Assembly: GCA_016906335.1 (NCBI GenBank)
Contig: JADEYG010000001.1
Coordinates: 1-64,000, forward strand
Direction: 5' to 3'
Origin: Novakomyces olei
Lineage: Eukaryota
DNA length: 64,000 bases
Position numbers and translations under genes: made by a program. Every line of letters starts with the position of its first letter. The first letter of the stretch is position 1. Shown here piece by piece: positions 10,202-20,116 of this stretch. The notes beneath the pieces are model-generated. The model made no database searches, was not told where the DNA came from, and was given only the letters and a program-made list of their open reading frames with translations.

Positions 10202-13200
10202 ATGGTAGAATTGGGCGGAAATGAAAATGCCATCAATGAAGAAGAGCATAGAATTGCGTCTGCACGAGCGGACTATGGGCATTGCGAAGTAAAGGTAGAG
10301 ATCGAAGGCATAACGACGCCCTTGAAAGGTCTAGTTGACTCGGGGGCATCTTCGAATTTCATTCATCCACGTTTGGTGTGGAGGCACAAGATTAAAACCG
10401 AAAGCCTACGCCAGCCTATTGTTCTTAAGGTTGTTGACGGAAGATGCATATCGTCTGGACCGATTCAACGCCAGACAGAGACTCTAAAATGCGTAATTCA
10501 AGGGAAAGAAACTCCTACAAAGTTCAAGGTTACCGAAATTGGCGAACACGACATTATCTTGGGGATTTCGTGGCTTAAAGAATATAATCCGCGAATCAAT
10601 TGGTCTACGTCTACTGTCGAATTCGAGAACAAGGAGCCTGACGTTAAAACGGAGTATGTTTGCGCAACTATAGTGGAATCCGAGTCAGAGCAACCCGGTG
10701 CGGTAGTACTGCCAGAGGAATACCAGGATTTCAAGGACGTTTTTGGCAAGGCAGAGGCAAATCAGCTCCCACCTCATAGGTCGTTTGACCACGAGATCAA
10801 GCTAGAAGCAGACTCTAAAATACCATTCGGACCAGTGTATGCTATATCTAGAGATGAGCAGGAGGAATTGCGAAAATATCTTGAAGAAAACCTTGCTAGA
10901 AGATTCATTGCGCGCTCTACATCGCCAGCCGGAGCCCCAATCCTATTCGTCAAGAAAAAGGACGGCAGTCTCCGTTTGTGTGTCGATTACCGAGCGCTGA
11001 ATAAGATAACAGTGAAGAATAGGTACCCACTACCACTTATTGATTCGCTCTTGGACAAACTATCTGGAGCCAAGTGGTTTACGAAGATTGATCTACGCGG
11101 GGCCTACAATCTTATTCGTATAAAGAAGGGGGACGAGTGGAAGACGGCTTTTCGCACTCGTTTTGGTCACTTTGAATACCGAGTAATGCCGTTTGGGCTG
11201 ACAAACGCCCCGGCCACGTTTCAGGACTTCATGAACGACACATTTCGTGATTTACTAGATATTACAGTTTTGGTTTATCTAGATGATATTCTAGTCTATT
11301 CAAAAACTAAAGAGCAGCACATTTATGACGTACGCCAAGTTTTGGGAAGGCTACGCGATCGAAAGTTATATGCTAAAGGCGAAAAATGTGAATTCCATAA
11401 ACAAGAGGTGTCATTTTTGGGTTACGTATTGTCTGTTACTGGAGTGTCTATGAGCAGGGACAAGACAGAGCCTATTGCGACTTGGCCAGCTCCAAAATCG
11501 GTACATGACATACAGGTATTTTTGGGATTTTGCAACTATTATCGGCGCTTCATACCGAACTTTGCGAAAACGGTGAAACCGATCACGAATCTATTAAAAA
11601 AGGACACACCCTTTTGTTGGAATGACGAAAGTGAGCAGGCTTTTAAAGCATTAAAAGACCTATTTGCTAAAGAAATTATGTTGCGACATTACGATCCGGA
11701 GAAACAATGTGTATTGGAGACTGATGCCTCCGACTACGCATTGGGAGCAGTGTTGCTACAAGAAAATGAAAACGGAAGAGAACCAATTGCATTTATCAGT
11801 CGGCAGATGGAAGCAGCCGAGATAAACTACGATATATATGAGAAGGAATTGTTGGCAATTGTTTGGGCCTTTAGGACTTGGCGCCATTACCTCCAAGGCC
11901 ACCCAAAGAAGATTATCGTTTACACGGACCACCGTAATCTTCAAACTTTCACGACGGCAAAGGTACTGACGCGTCGACAAGCTCGCTGGCAAGAAACGCT
12001 GGCCGAATATAGCTTCGACATCGTTTACAGGCCGGGCATCAACAATGGAGGGGCAGATCCTCTCAGCCGACGGCCAGATTACGCTTTAACTAAAGATGGC
12101 AGCCACAGTAAGGCACAATTCCAGCCATTGCTATCGTCAAGCCAGCTGAAATGCTTTGCAACAGATGAGACCCAGCTTCTTGACGAGAGAAATTATGCTA
12201 AACCAAAGGAACGCAGGAGAATATTGGAGGCGTTCCACGACCACCCACTGGCAGGACATTTTGGCGAGGCCAGAACTCTGGAACTGATCACCAGGAATTA
12301 CAAATGGGACGGTATTACAAGAGATGTAAAGGAATATGTCAAAAATTGCCCTACATGCATTCGAAATAAGGTATCCCGAAGGATCAAAGCCGGCATGCTA
12401 CAGCCACTGAAGATTCCGGACAGGCCTTGGTCGTCAATATCAATCGATTTTATTGTTAAGTTACCTATTTCCGATGGTTACGATTCAATCCTTGTTGTAG
12501 TGGACCGTTTCTCGAAAATGGCGCACTTTATACCGTGCAAGGAAAAGATTTCTGCTACAGAAGTGGCATATTTATTTATTAAGCACATTTTCCGACTACA
12601 CGGCCTCCCCGAAGAAATAGTATCGGACCGAGATACTCGTTTTGTTAGTAAGTTCTGGACTGCACTAGCCGAAAATCTACAAATAAAGCTATGCAAATCC
12701 ACGAGTCATCACCCGCAAAGCGACGGGCAGACCGAAAGAACGAATCAGACCCTTGAACAATACTTGAGGTGTTACATCAATTATAATCAGAACAACTGGG
12801 CACGATTATTGCCGTTAGCTGAGTTTGCTATCAATAATGCACAAAGTGCCAGTACTAAAATGTCTCCATTTTTTATTGCCGTTGGTTATCACCCACGATT
12901 TTCTTACGAGTTTCAAGCCACGAGCAATGTACCGGCCGCAAATGAGTTTACCGCGAAACTCCAGGAAAGATTTATGACTTTACGCGCCGAGTTACAGAAG
13001 GCTCAAGACCGAATGAAATTTTATTACGACGCTAAGCGACGCGACGCCGCTACTTACCAGCCAGGCGACCTAGTTTGGATTAGAAGACAGCACATTAAAT
13101 CCAAAAGGCCGTCAGACAAACTTGACCATACAAAAATTGGTCCCTTTCCCGTATTGGAAAAAATTGGCACGAGCGCATACCGTGTTAAACTGCCCGCGAC

Positions 13201-13471
13201 CATTAGAATCCATCCCGTGTTTAACGAAACACTGCTGGAACCGCACAAAGGAGATCGTTTTTCACGAGACGCGTCCAGTGCAACCGTACCTGACGTTATC
13301 CAAGATGAGGAAGAATTCGAAGTAGACTACATATGCGATCACAAGGGATCGGGCTCGACAAGGCGCTATTTGGTTCATTGGAAGGGTTATACAGAAAATG
13401 ACCGCACATGGGAACCGGTAGCGAACTTAGGAAACGCTAGCGAAGCTTTAGCAGAGTATCTTAAACGCTAA
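10202..13471 (+). CDS. pol: Pol: protease, RT, RNase H, integrase, chromodomain (in the -1 frame relative to gag)
   Basis: LVDSGA, YLDD, TDAS, HHCC, D..D..E (SIDF/SDRD/GQTER), GPF, FEVDYI..YLVHWKGY..TWEP. Confidence 0.97.
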   Translation: MVELGGNENAINEEEHRIASARADYGHCEVKVEIEGITTPLKGLVDSGASSNFIHPRLVWRHKIKTESLRQPIVLKVVDGRCISSGPIQRQTETLKCVIQGKETPTKFKVTEIGEHDIILGISWLKEYNPRINWSTSTVEFENKEPDVKTEYVCATIVESESEQPGAVVLPEEYQDFKDVFGKAEANQLPPHRSFDHEIKLEADSKIPFGPVYAISRDEQEELRKYLEENLARRFIARSTSPAGAPILFVKKKDGSLRLCVDYRALNKITVKNRYPLPLIDSLLDKLSGAKWFTKIDLRGAYNLIRIKKGDEWKTAFRTRFGHFEYRVMPFGLTNAPATFQDFMNDTFRDLLDITVLVYLDDILVYSKTKEQHIYDVRQVLGRLRDRKLYAKGEKCEFHKQEVSFLGYVLSVTGVSMSRDKTEPIATWPAPKSVHDIQVFLGFCNYYRRFIPNFAKTVKPITNLLKKDTPFCWNDESEQAFKALKDLFAKEIMLRHYDPEKQCVLETDASDYALGAVLLQENENGREPIAFISRQMEAAEINYDIYEKELLAIVWAFRTWRHYLQGHPKKIIVYTDHRNLQTFTTAKVLTRRQARWQETLAEYSFDIVYRPGINNGGADPLSRRPDYALTKDGSHSKAQFQPLLSSSQLKCFATDETQLLDERNYAKPKERRRILEAFHDHPLAGHFGEARTLELITRNYKWDGITRDVKEYVKNCPTCIRNKVSRRIKAGMLQPLKIPDRPWSSISIDFIVKLPISDGYDSILVVVDRFSKMAHFIPCKEKISATEVAYLFIKHIFRLHGLPEEIVSDRDTRFVSKFWTALAENLQIKLCKSTSHHPQSDGQTERTNQTLEQYLRCYINYNQNNWARLLPLAEFAINNAQSASTKMSPFFIAVGYHPRFSYEFQATSNVPAANEFTAKLQERFMTLRAELQKAQDRMKFYYDAKRRDAATYQPGDLVWIRRQHIKSKRPSDKLDHTKIGPFPVLEKIGTSAYRVKLPATIRIHPVFNETLLEPHKGDRFSRDASSATVPDVIQDEEEFEVDYICDHKGSGSTRRYLVHWKGYTENDRTWEPVANLGNASEALAEYLKR

Positions 13472-13599
13472 AAAGTTTCATGCTGAATTATTTTATTTGA
13501 TTTTTGTTTAATGACGGCGGTATTTCAACCATACTGTCCTAAATTGCGAGCAGATGTTATTCAACTACTATGCAAACTGTTTTATTATACCGAATATTC

Positions 13600-13601
<2 letters not shown>

Positions 13602-13635
<34 letters not shown>

Positions 13636-13638
13636 GGG
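13602..13638 (+). other. A31 tract followed by G6 inside the inner element
   Basis: Directly visible between pol and the cargo gene. Confidence 0.85.
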
Positions 13639-13825
13639 AAAACTGCGTGTTTGCATCGTTAATATATGTAATGTATGAGTTAGCACGATATAGTCCTAAG
13701 TCACACACACTAGTGCCAAGTCACACACACTGGTGCTTTCTGGAACATTCCCACACAGAAAAACTATAAATACAGTCGCACCCCCCGGTGCTATATCACT
13801 ACTTTACACACATATTTTTGAAATT

Positions 13826-14929
13826 ATGGAGGGACAAGAAATCGACTTGACAGCCGACCTTGAGGAGGGGGGTGAGCGCCCGCAAAAGCGATCGCGGGGC
13901 GCTAAGAATGTTGGAGAGCACATCTGCGCTCTCTGTCACAAAGGTCTTGGCAGAAAACAAGAGCTGCACCGACACCTAAAAGAAGTTCACCACGTTGACT
14001 TTAGACTGGCTGAACTTGTGTCGGAATGGGACCTCCGAACGTCGCGCATGCCGACCCACCGGACGGGTAGGAACATACTTTGGGCCGCGGCGGCTAAGGA
14101 GCATACATGGCTTGAGACCGTTACAGAGTCTTGGAAAGACTGTTTCGAGCGGGAGCCAACGTGGCCGGTCGTCATGGAGGACGTTACGCAACACGACCTT
14201 CAACTTTTTAACATCCGCGACCGAGCAAGATACACGGATATTTCGGTGGCTCGGTTCGTGGCGGGGTTCGTTTACGGCGCGGAGAAAATCGAATGGTACG
14301 CGGCTTACAATGTGCCGCCCTCGACGCAGGGCTTACTAACCTTGAGCCCGAGGGCCCTACCCGCTACAAATAATTACAAAAACCGCCCCGAAACGGACTG
14401 GAGCACGGTGGTCTCTCCGGCTGGGACGATCACGGACATACACGTGGACAACGTATTCTTGAGTCACGTGCTGGTTTGCGTGCTGGGAAGGAAATTGGTA
14501 TTCGCCTGGCCACCGTCGGCTGCGAACCTTGACTACTTCGCGCAGTACCACCACAAGGTGGGGGATATGTTTTTGTACCAGGGCATTCATGAGCTCCAGG
14601 GGCTACATGTTTGTGACCTGAAGAAGGGATTCGGCTGCTACATGGGACCCGGTTGGCTCTATGCAGTGATCTCCTTGTAAAACAGTGCGCTCACTGGTTA
14701 CAGCGAGATACCAGTTGGGCAGGAAAACACTGTAGAACGCCTAGTGAAGTGGGAATTGGAGACACTGTCGGCGGATTCGGACAACTCCGTGGCATTGGCA
14801 AATGTCTACGAGGAGCACACGATTGGGGCTCAGGAATGGAGAAGAGCCAGAGTGAAAGGGGCAGATAGATTAGGTAGAATCAGTAGAGAAGGCCTCAAAG
14901 AATTAGAGCCCACCCTGGGAGGGGGGTAA
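13826..14929 (+). CDS. Cargo gene: C2H2 zinc finger plus JmjC-like (2-oxoglutarate/Fe cupin) protein; one in-frame TAA at 14678-14680
   Basis: CALC..HRHLKEVH; SPAGTITDIHVD; GRKLVFAWPP; GPGWLYAVISL*NSAL. The same frame continues to 14929. TATAAATA at 13765, ATG at 13826. Confidence 0.8.
14917..14929 (+). other. Polypurine tract of inner element
   Basis: GGGAGGGGGG-TAA immediately before the 3' LTR. Confidence 0.9.
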
Positions 14930-15318
14930 TGTCACGAGTGTGACATGGCCTTAAGTAAGACAGCGAATGCTGCATTACTTAAGGATAAGGACTATATAGT
15001 TTTATATAGTATTTCATAGCGATAGCACTAGGTAGTGCTATACAGCACCACCTTGTGCTATTACTTAGTTCCATAGAAGTCGTAGTGTATAAAAGGCTTC
15101 GCGGAAGACTTTTTACACTACGCAATATCATAAGCTACAACGTGAAGTCTCCAGGTGTCTTAGGAGAATAGGCTTAGCTTCTAGCTGTAGTTCCCTTAGT
15201 CTTCACTCACCGGAACCCCTATCGAAAGGCAGCGTGCTATCTGCCGCCCAAGGGGATTACTCGTTGTCGCGGCTGAACTCAAGCCGTGAGTCACCTAGTT
15301 GCGGGCCGACCCGTAACA
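14930..15318 (+). repeat. 3' LTR of inner element (389 bp)
   Basis: Matches 8785-9173. Confidence 0.97.
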
Positions 15319-15323
15319 TACAA

Positions 15324-16783
15324 CTATTGATTTTAAACGAGCACAAGCAAAGTATTATCTAAAAGATGACCTGATACATCTCAAATTTGATAACCGCATT
15401 TGTGTGCCTACAGATTTCACTAACACGATAATACGGGAGTTTCATGATACGTACCATGGAGGACATGGGGGAATGAACAAGACAACAGCTGGAATAGCAA
15501 AAACCTACTATTGGCCAGGAATGTCAAAAGAAATCAAGGAATATGTGAAATCATGTGAGACATGTGCCAAAAATAAGATCACTCCTCACAAACCATACGG
15601 ATTGTTACAAGAAATAGATATCCCCAATACTAGATGGGAAACTATTGGAATGGACTTTATCACTGGACTACCTCTATCTGGTGATGAGCAATATGATGCT
15701 ATTATTTGTATTGTTGACCGACTTACAAAAAGGGCACACTTTTGGCCAACACACACTACAGTCACTGCAAAAGGCACAGCAACTTTATTTCTCAACAGAT
15801 ACTATTGCCTGCATGGACTACCACAAGCCATAATAAGCGACAGAGATGTGCGATTCATGTCAGCTTTTTGGCAACAAATTACAGCCATTCTTCAAATCAA
15901 ATTGAAACCATCATCAAGTTATCATCCTCAGTCGAATGGACAAACTGAGCGAACAAACAGAGTACTAGAAGATTATTTGCGACTATTCACATATGCAAAT
16001 AACAACAGCTTATCATGGCACAAGCTGCTTTCATTTGCTGAATTCAGTTATTCATCAAGCAAGCACTCTGCCATTGGCATGACGCCGTTTGAAGCTGATT
16101 TAGGTTACAATCCAAGAAGCCTAAGTGACCTTGCCATACCTCCAATCACAAACCAAGATGATTCAACATTTCTCGAAACTCTTGAGGTAAACAGAATTCT
16201 TTGCCAGGATGCAATCAGAACCGCACATGAATTATCAAAGATATATGCGGACCAAAACCGAATAAACATTGAATACAACGTCAATGATTCTGTTTATTTA
16301 AGCACCGCTAATATTCGCGAAATTCCTGAGCTTTTCCAAAATCAACTAACAAGGAAATTGCAATCAAAATTCATTGGACCATACAGAATTATAAAAAAGG
16401 TCAGCCCTGTTGCTTACGAATTGGAGCTACCTTCTGCTTTAAAGTATCACCATGTGGTACACATCTCTCAGCTAAAGAAACATACTCCAATGAACAAACA
16501 CAACCAGCGAGAACAACCTAAACCGAAAGCACTCCGACGCTACAAAAACAACACGGAGCTTTATGTCGTCGAAGAAGATCATGTCTGGGTTCGAGGACAA
16601 TCGAGATCGACAACACCAAAACCGGGCTACAAACTAATGTATCGTATTCGCTGGGAAGGTTACCAACCTGAAGACGACACGTGGGAACCAAAGCAGCACC
16701 TAGTACATTCACCCGAATTATTAAAAAGATACAATTCGACACACCTCGAATTAGTGGGGGAGGATGTTAGGAATCAAGATTGA
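15324..16783 (+). pseudogene. Outer element pol, 3' part (integrase plus chromodomain)
   Basis: HHCC (FHD..GGH..C..C), GMDF/SDRD/GQTER, GPY, YRIRWEGY..DTWEP; the stop lies just inside the LTR. Confidence 0.92.
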
Positions 16784-17075
16784 TCTAATCAAATCTAATC
16801 AAGATTGATCTAATCAAATCTAATCAAGATTGATTACTCATCAATGAGTCATCATTACTCATCAATGAGTCATCATTACTCATCAATGAGTCATCATTAC
16901 TCATCAATGATTCATCATCATTACTCATCATTTCCTTCCTATTTCCTTCCTATCTCCGTCCTATCTGCTTCACAAAAAGTCTATAAAAGGACCCAACTTC
17001 CCATAGTCTAAAAGATAGATCTCTTAGCGAGGTCTAATTTATATTGTTACAACAGTGAGTAATCCTCACTTAACA
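16765..17075 (+). repeat. 3' LTR of outer element, with internal 25-bp and 21-bp tandem repeats
   Basis: Starts TGTTAGG after the PPT; TATAAAA at 16982; candidate end CTTAACA (right boundary unconfirmed without a partner LTR). Confidence 0.7.
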
Positions 17076-17224
17076 ATGTGTGCTTACTTTATTACTTGAG
17101 CATTACTCATATATATATATATACATACTATGTGTCAGTATTATATACATATACTATGTATGCTTACTTTATTACTTGAGTATTATATATATATACAATA
17201 TATATATATACATAAAGGCAAAAA

Positions 17225-17284
<60 letters not shown>
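17225..17284. repeat. (AAT)20 microsatellite
   Basis: Direct read. Confidence 0.95.
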
Positions 17285-17295
<11 letters not shown>

Positions 17296-17362
17296 CAAAA
17301 ACACATATACATGCCTTACACTGCACATAGTACTACATCTATTGCAGGACGTTTTAACCTTT

Positions 17363-17662
17363 GAAGGGGGGGTAATGTCAGGAGCTGACATGTGCTTGGC
17401 ACAGAAGTTGCACTCGTGCAATTAGTGTGCAGGCATTAGTTTTTAGTATAGAATATTCTAGATAGTTTTGCTTAGTAATTTAGAACGCTAAGCGGAAGTA
17501 TAAGTAGGGCCTTCTGGTATCTACTTTACTTACGCTTAGCCAACTAGTGAATATAACTGTTGTGCAATTATTCTATTGTATTCTCCTTTTTCCTGCTAGC
17601 CGTTACGATAAGCGGCGTGCAATTAAGCAGTTGTACTCAGGCGTCGAGGTTCGCCTGTGACA
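17363..17662 (+). mobile_element. PPT plus 3' LTR of a third element related to the inner element
   Basis: GAAGGGGGGGTAA then TGTCAGGAGCTGACA, a TATA-containing hairpin, and a terminal hairpin before GTGACA; same layout as 14917-15318. Confidence 0.7.
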
Positions 17663-18084
17663 CGCACTGACATCACCCACCGCATCAGCGAAGGATACGC
17701 CACGATTCAAAGCTCTGGGACAGAGCACAGAGGGGAGGACCAGCATGAAAGGGCTTAATCCCAACATGGTGTTATGATAACCCAACATTTGGCTATCGCC
17801 AGTTTATCGCCTTGTAGCCATTTAAACCACTAACCTAAAGGGATTCTTATAGAAAATGACCTTCAAAGGGACTGGAGGATGCATTTGCTCGACCACCCGT
17901 GGTCTATAAATAGGGACCCATTCGTTCATAGTTCTACGTAGTTTAATATTAATCTTAGTGCTTGAAATCAAACAGCCTCAGGACGCCGTTATCCTATAGC
18001 TCCGCCTATTATTATAACAGCGCGCTGCTATCTTGGGATAGTTAGGTTACTTAAATTATATATATATTGGTTTGAGTCCTAACA
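17663..18084 (+). mobile_element. 3' part of a fourth LTR related to the outer element's LTR
   Basis: CTATAAATAGGGACCCA..CATAGTTCTA resembles 16981-17010; ends GAGTCCTAACA, the complement of a TGTTAGGA.TC start. Confidence 0.55.
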
Positions 18085-18873
18085 TACCATACATTATAAC
18101 ATATATTATTATACTATACATTATTATACATACTTTACTTTACAATAAATTATTCTACTATACATTATTATAATGCCACATAAAATGCATCCTGCCCCAT
18201 ACATGAGCTTTTTATAACTCTTTAAACCCTTATATCTCCATACCTACTAATCCAATCTGGTAAACAAATATATATTTACTCTCCTACTGCTCCCCTCTAT
18301 CCAACCATACACTTTTTGTAAAAACACTTGTTCATTCGACGTTTTGTCACCTCTACACATGGACTACACACTCTTAATTTTTCATATTTTTCTGACGTTT
18401 TTCTTATTATACTCTATTACTATGTTGCTCTCTCTATAATAACTATATTATATTATCAGATAACTATACTATGTGCCATGTGCGATGCAATAATATTATT
18501 ATTTATAATATACCCTTACCCTACCCCAAGCAATGGCTGTGATGAATTTATCAAAAATCCACAGCCTATCAATATTTTGTCGAAATGTCAGCTTGCGCTA
18601 CTGTATTATGCAATAGCATCGCTGTATTCAGCGATATTTCGTCGAAATGTCGCAACTTTTTTAGGGGAACTTTTAGCAGTTTAATATATGGCAATCCACT
18701 AGCGCCTTGCGACATTTCGCCGAAATATCAGTGATAGGGTTTTCTCGAATTTTAGACAATGCAATTATTATACAAAAAAAATAATACCAGCTGACATTTC
18801 GTCGAAATGTCGCTAGTAATAATAGCTACAAATTATTGATTTTGCGGCATAATGCGCACTGGAATATGTATAG
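18085..18873. repeat. Subtelomeric repeat block D: satellite, conserved segment, GACATTTCG.CGAAATGTC palindromes, terminus GGAATATGTATAG
   Basis: Homology to 3830-4260; the last ~55 bp match 19816-19874. Confidence 0.8.
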
Positions 18874-19874
18874 TAAATAACCCTAACCCTTTCCTCATAC
18901 ATTATACCCCAATACATTATCTCAATAAATAACCCTAACCCTAATTGAACAACTCCACCATACATTAACCCCCCATACATTAATACCATACTATAATCCC
19001 TATACATTATCCCCATACATTATTCCTCTATACATTATTCCTCCATACATTATTCTTCCATACATTATAACGCCATACATTATTATACCATACATTATTC
19101 CTCTATACATTATTATACATACATTACTTTACAATAAATTATTCTACTATACATTATTATAATGCCACATAAAATGCACCCTGGGCCATTACATGAGCTT
19201 TTTATAAATCTTTAAACCCATATATCTCCATAACTAATTATCCAATCTTATAAACAAACATATATTTACACTCCTATTGCTGCCCTCTATCCAACCATAC
19301 ACTTTTTGTAAAAATGCTTGTTCATTCGACGTTTTGTCACCTCTACACATGGACTACACACTCTTAATTTTTCTTATTTTTCTGACGTATTTCTTATTAT
19401 ACTCCATTACTATGGTGCTCTCTATAATATTTATATTTTATTGTCATATAACTATAATATGTGTTGTATAATGAATATATTTTATAAATACAACAACCCT
19501 ACCCTTGCCGCCATTCTCTGCCCTGACATTATGCTGTAATCCTGTTTCAATGTGACGCTCTTTTTATAGCCTCCACTGTGAATTACCTTAACATACCCGC
19601 GCTTTTTCCCATACATTAACGGCGCATTATGCAGTAAAATCCGTCTCTGAAAACCCTCCCTACAAATTTCTACTGCATTTCTTACTTACATTACGCCGTA
19701 ATTCGCGCGTATGTTAAGGTAATTAGCATGACCCCCCCTCCATACATTAATTTATTTTTTGGACCGCGTTACGCCGCAAAATCAAACCGAAAACCCTGTC
19801 CAATTTTCAATGCTGTAATAATAACATAACAAATTATTGATTTTGCGGCATAATGCGCGCTGGAATATGTATAG
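18874..19874. repeat. Subtelomeric repeat block C: satellite, conserved segment, full terminus module; inner edge of the repetitive subtelomere
   Basis: Collinear with 3310-4632; unique sequence begins after TAG at 19874. Confidence 0.85.
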
Positions 19875-20116
19875 TCACATGATACAAAACTCATGTGCGA
19901 GTATCGGGTTTAAGCCATATAGAATAACGGCCTCAGACACTTGAGGCCGTTACATGATGAGGCCTTTATGGACACAATATGAAAGGCTCTCTATCCCCGA
20001 TTTGGAAGAAAATGAAGGACAACCACTCTTTCCTCCAGACTATAAGTCGCACGGCTTTGAAGAAGGTACATTTTCAATAGACTTATCGATCCACACTAAC
20101 GCTCTAAGATTGTACT

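Larger units (their letters stand above)
8785..15318 (+). mobile_element. Inner full-length Ty3/gypsy chromovirus (Tf1/sushi-like) carrying an extra JmjC gene
   Basis: Two 389-bp TG..CA LTRs with no difference seen by eye; TSD TACAA at 8780-8784 and 15319-15323; open gag and pol. Confidence 0.97.
5985..17075 (+). mobile_element. Outer Ty3/gypsy chromovirus-type LTR retrotransposon, 5'-truncated and interrupted by a second element
   Basis: gag-PR-RT-RH then IN-chromodomain; PPT AGTGGGGGAGGA at 16753-16764; 3' LTR present; no 5' LTR. Confidence 0.9.

Noticed and set aside
8785-13471. Heavy RIP-type mutation
   Set aside because: The LTRs match and gag and pol are open, with no scatter of stop codons.
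13472-14929. env-like third ORF
   Set aside because: No signal peptide or transmembrane segment; the motifs are C2H2 and JmjC.
16772-16930. CRISPR-like short repeats
   Set aside because: They are tandem with no unique spacers, inside a eukaryotic LTR.
17130-17421. Poly-Ile and poly-Leu ORFs
   Set aside because: Products of the (AAT)n microsatellite.
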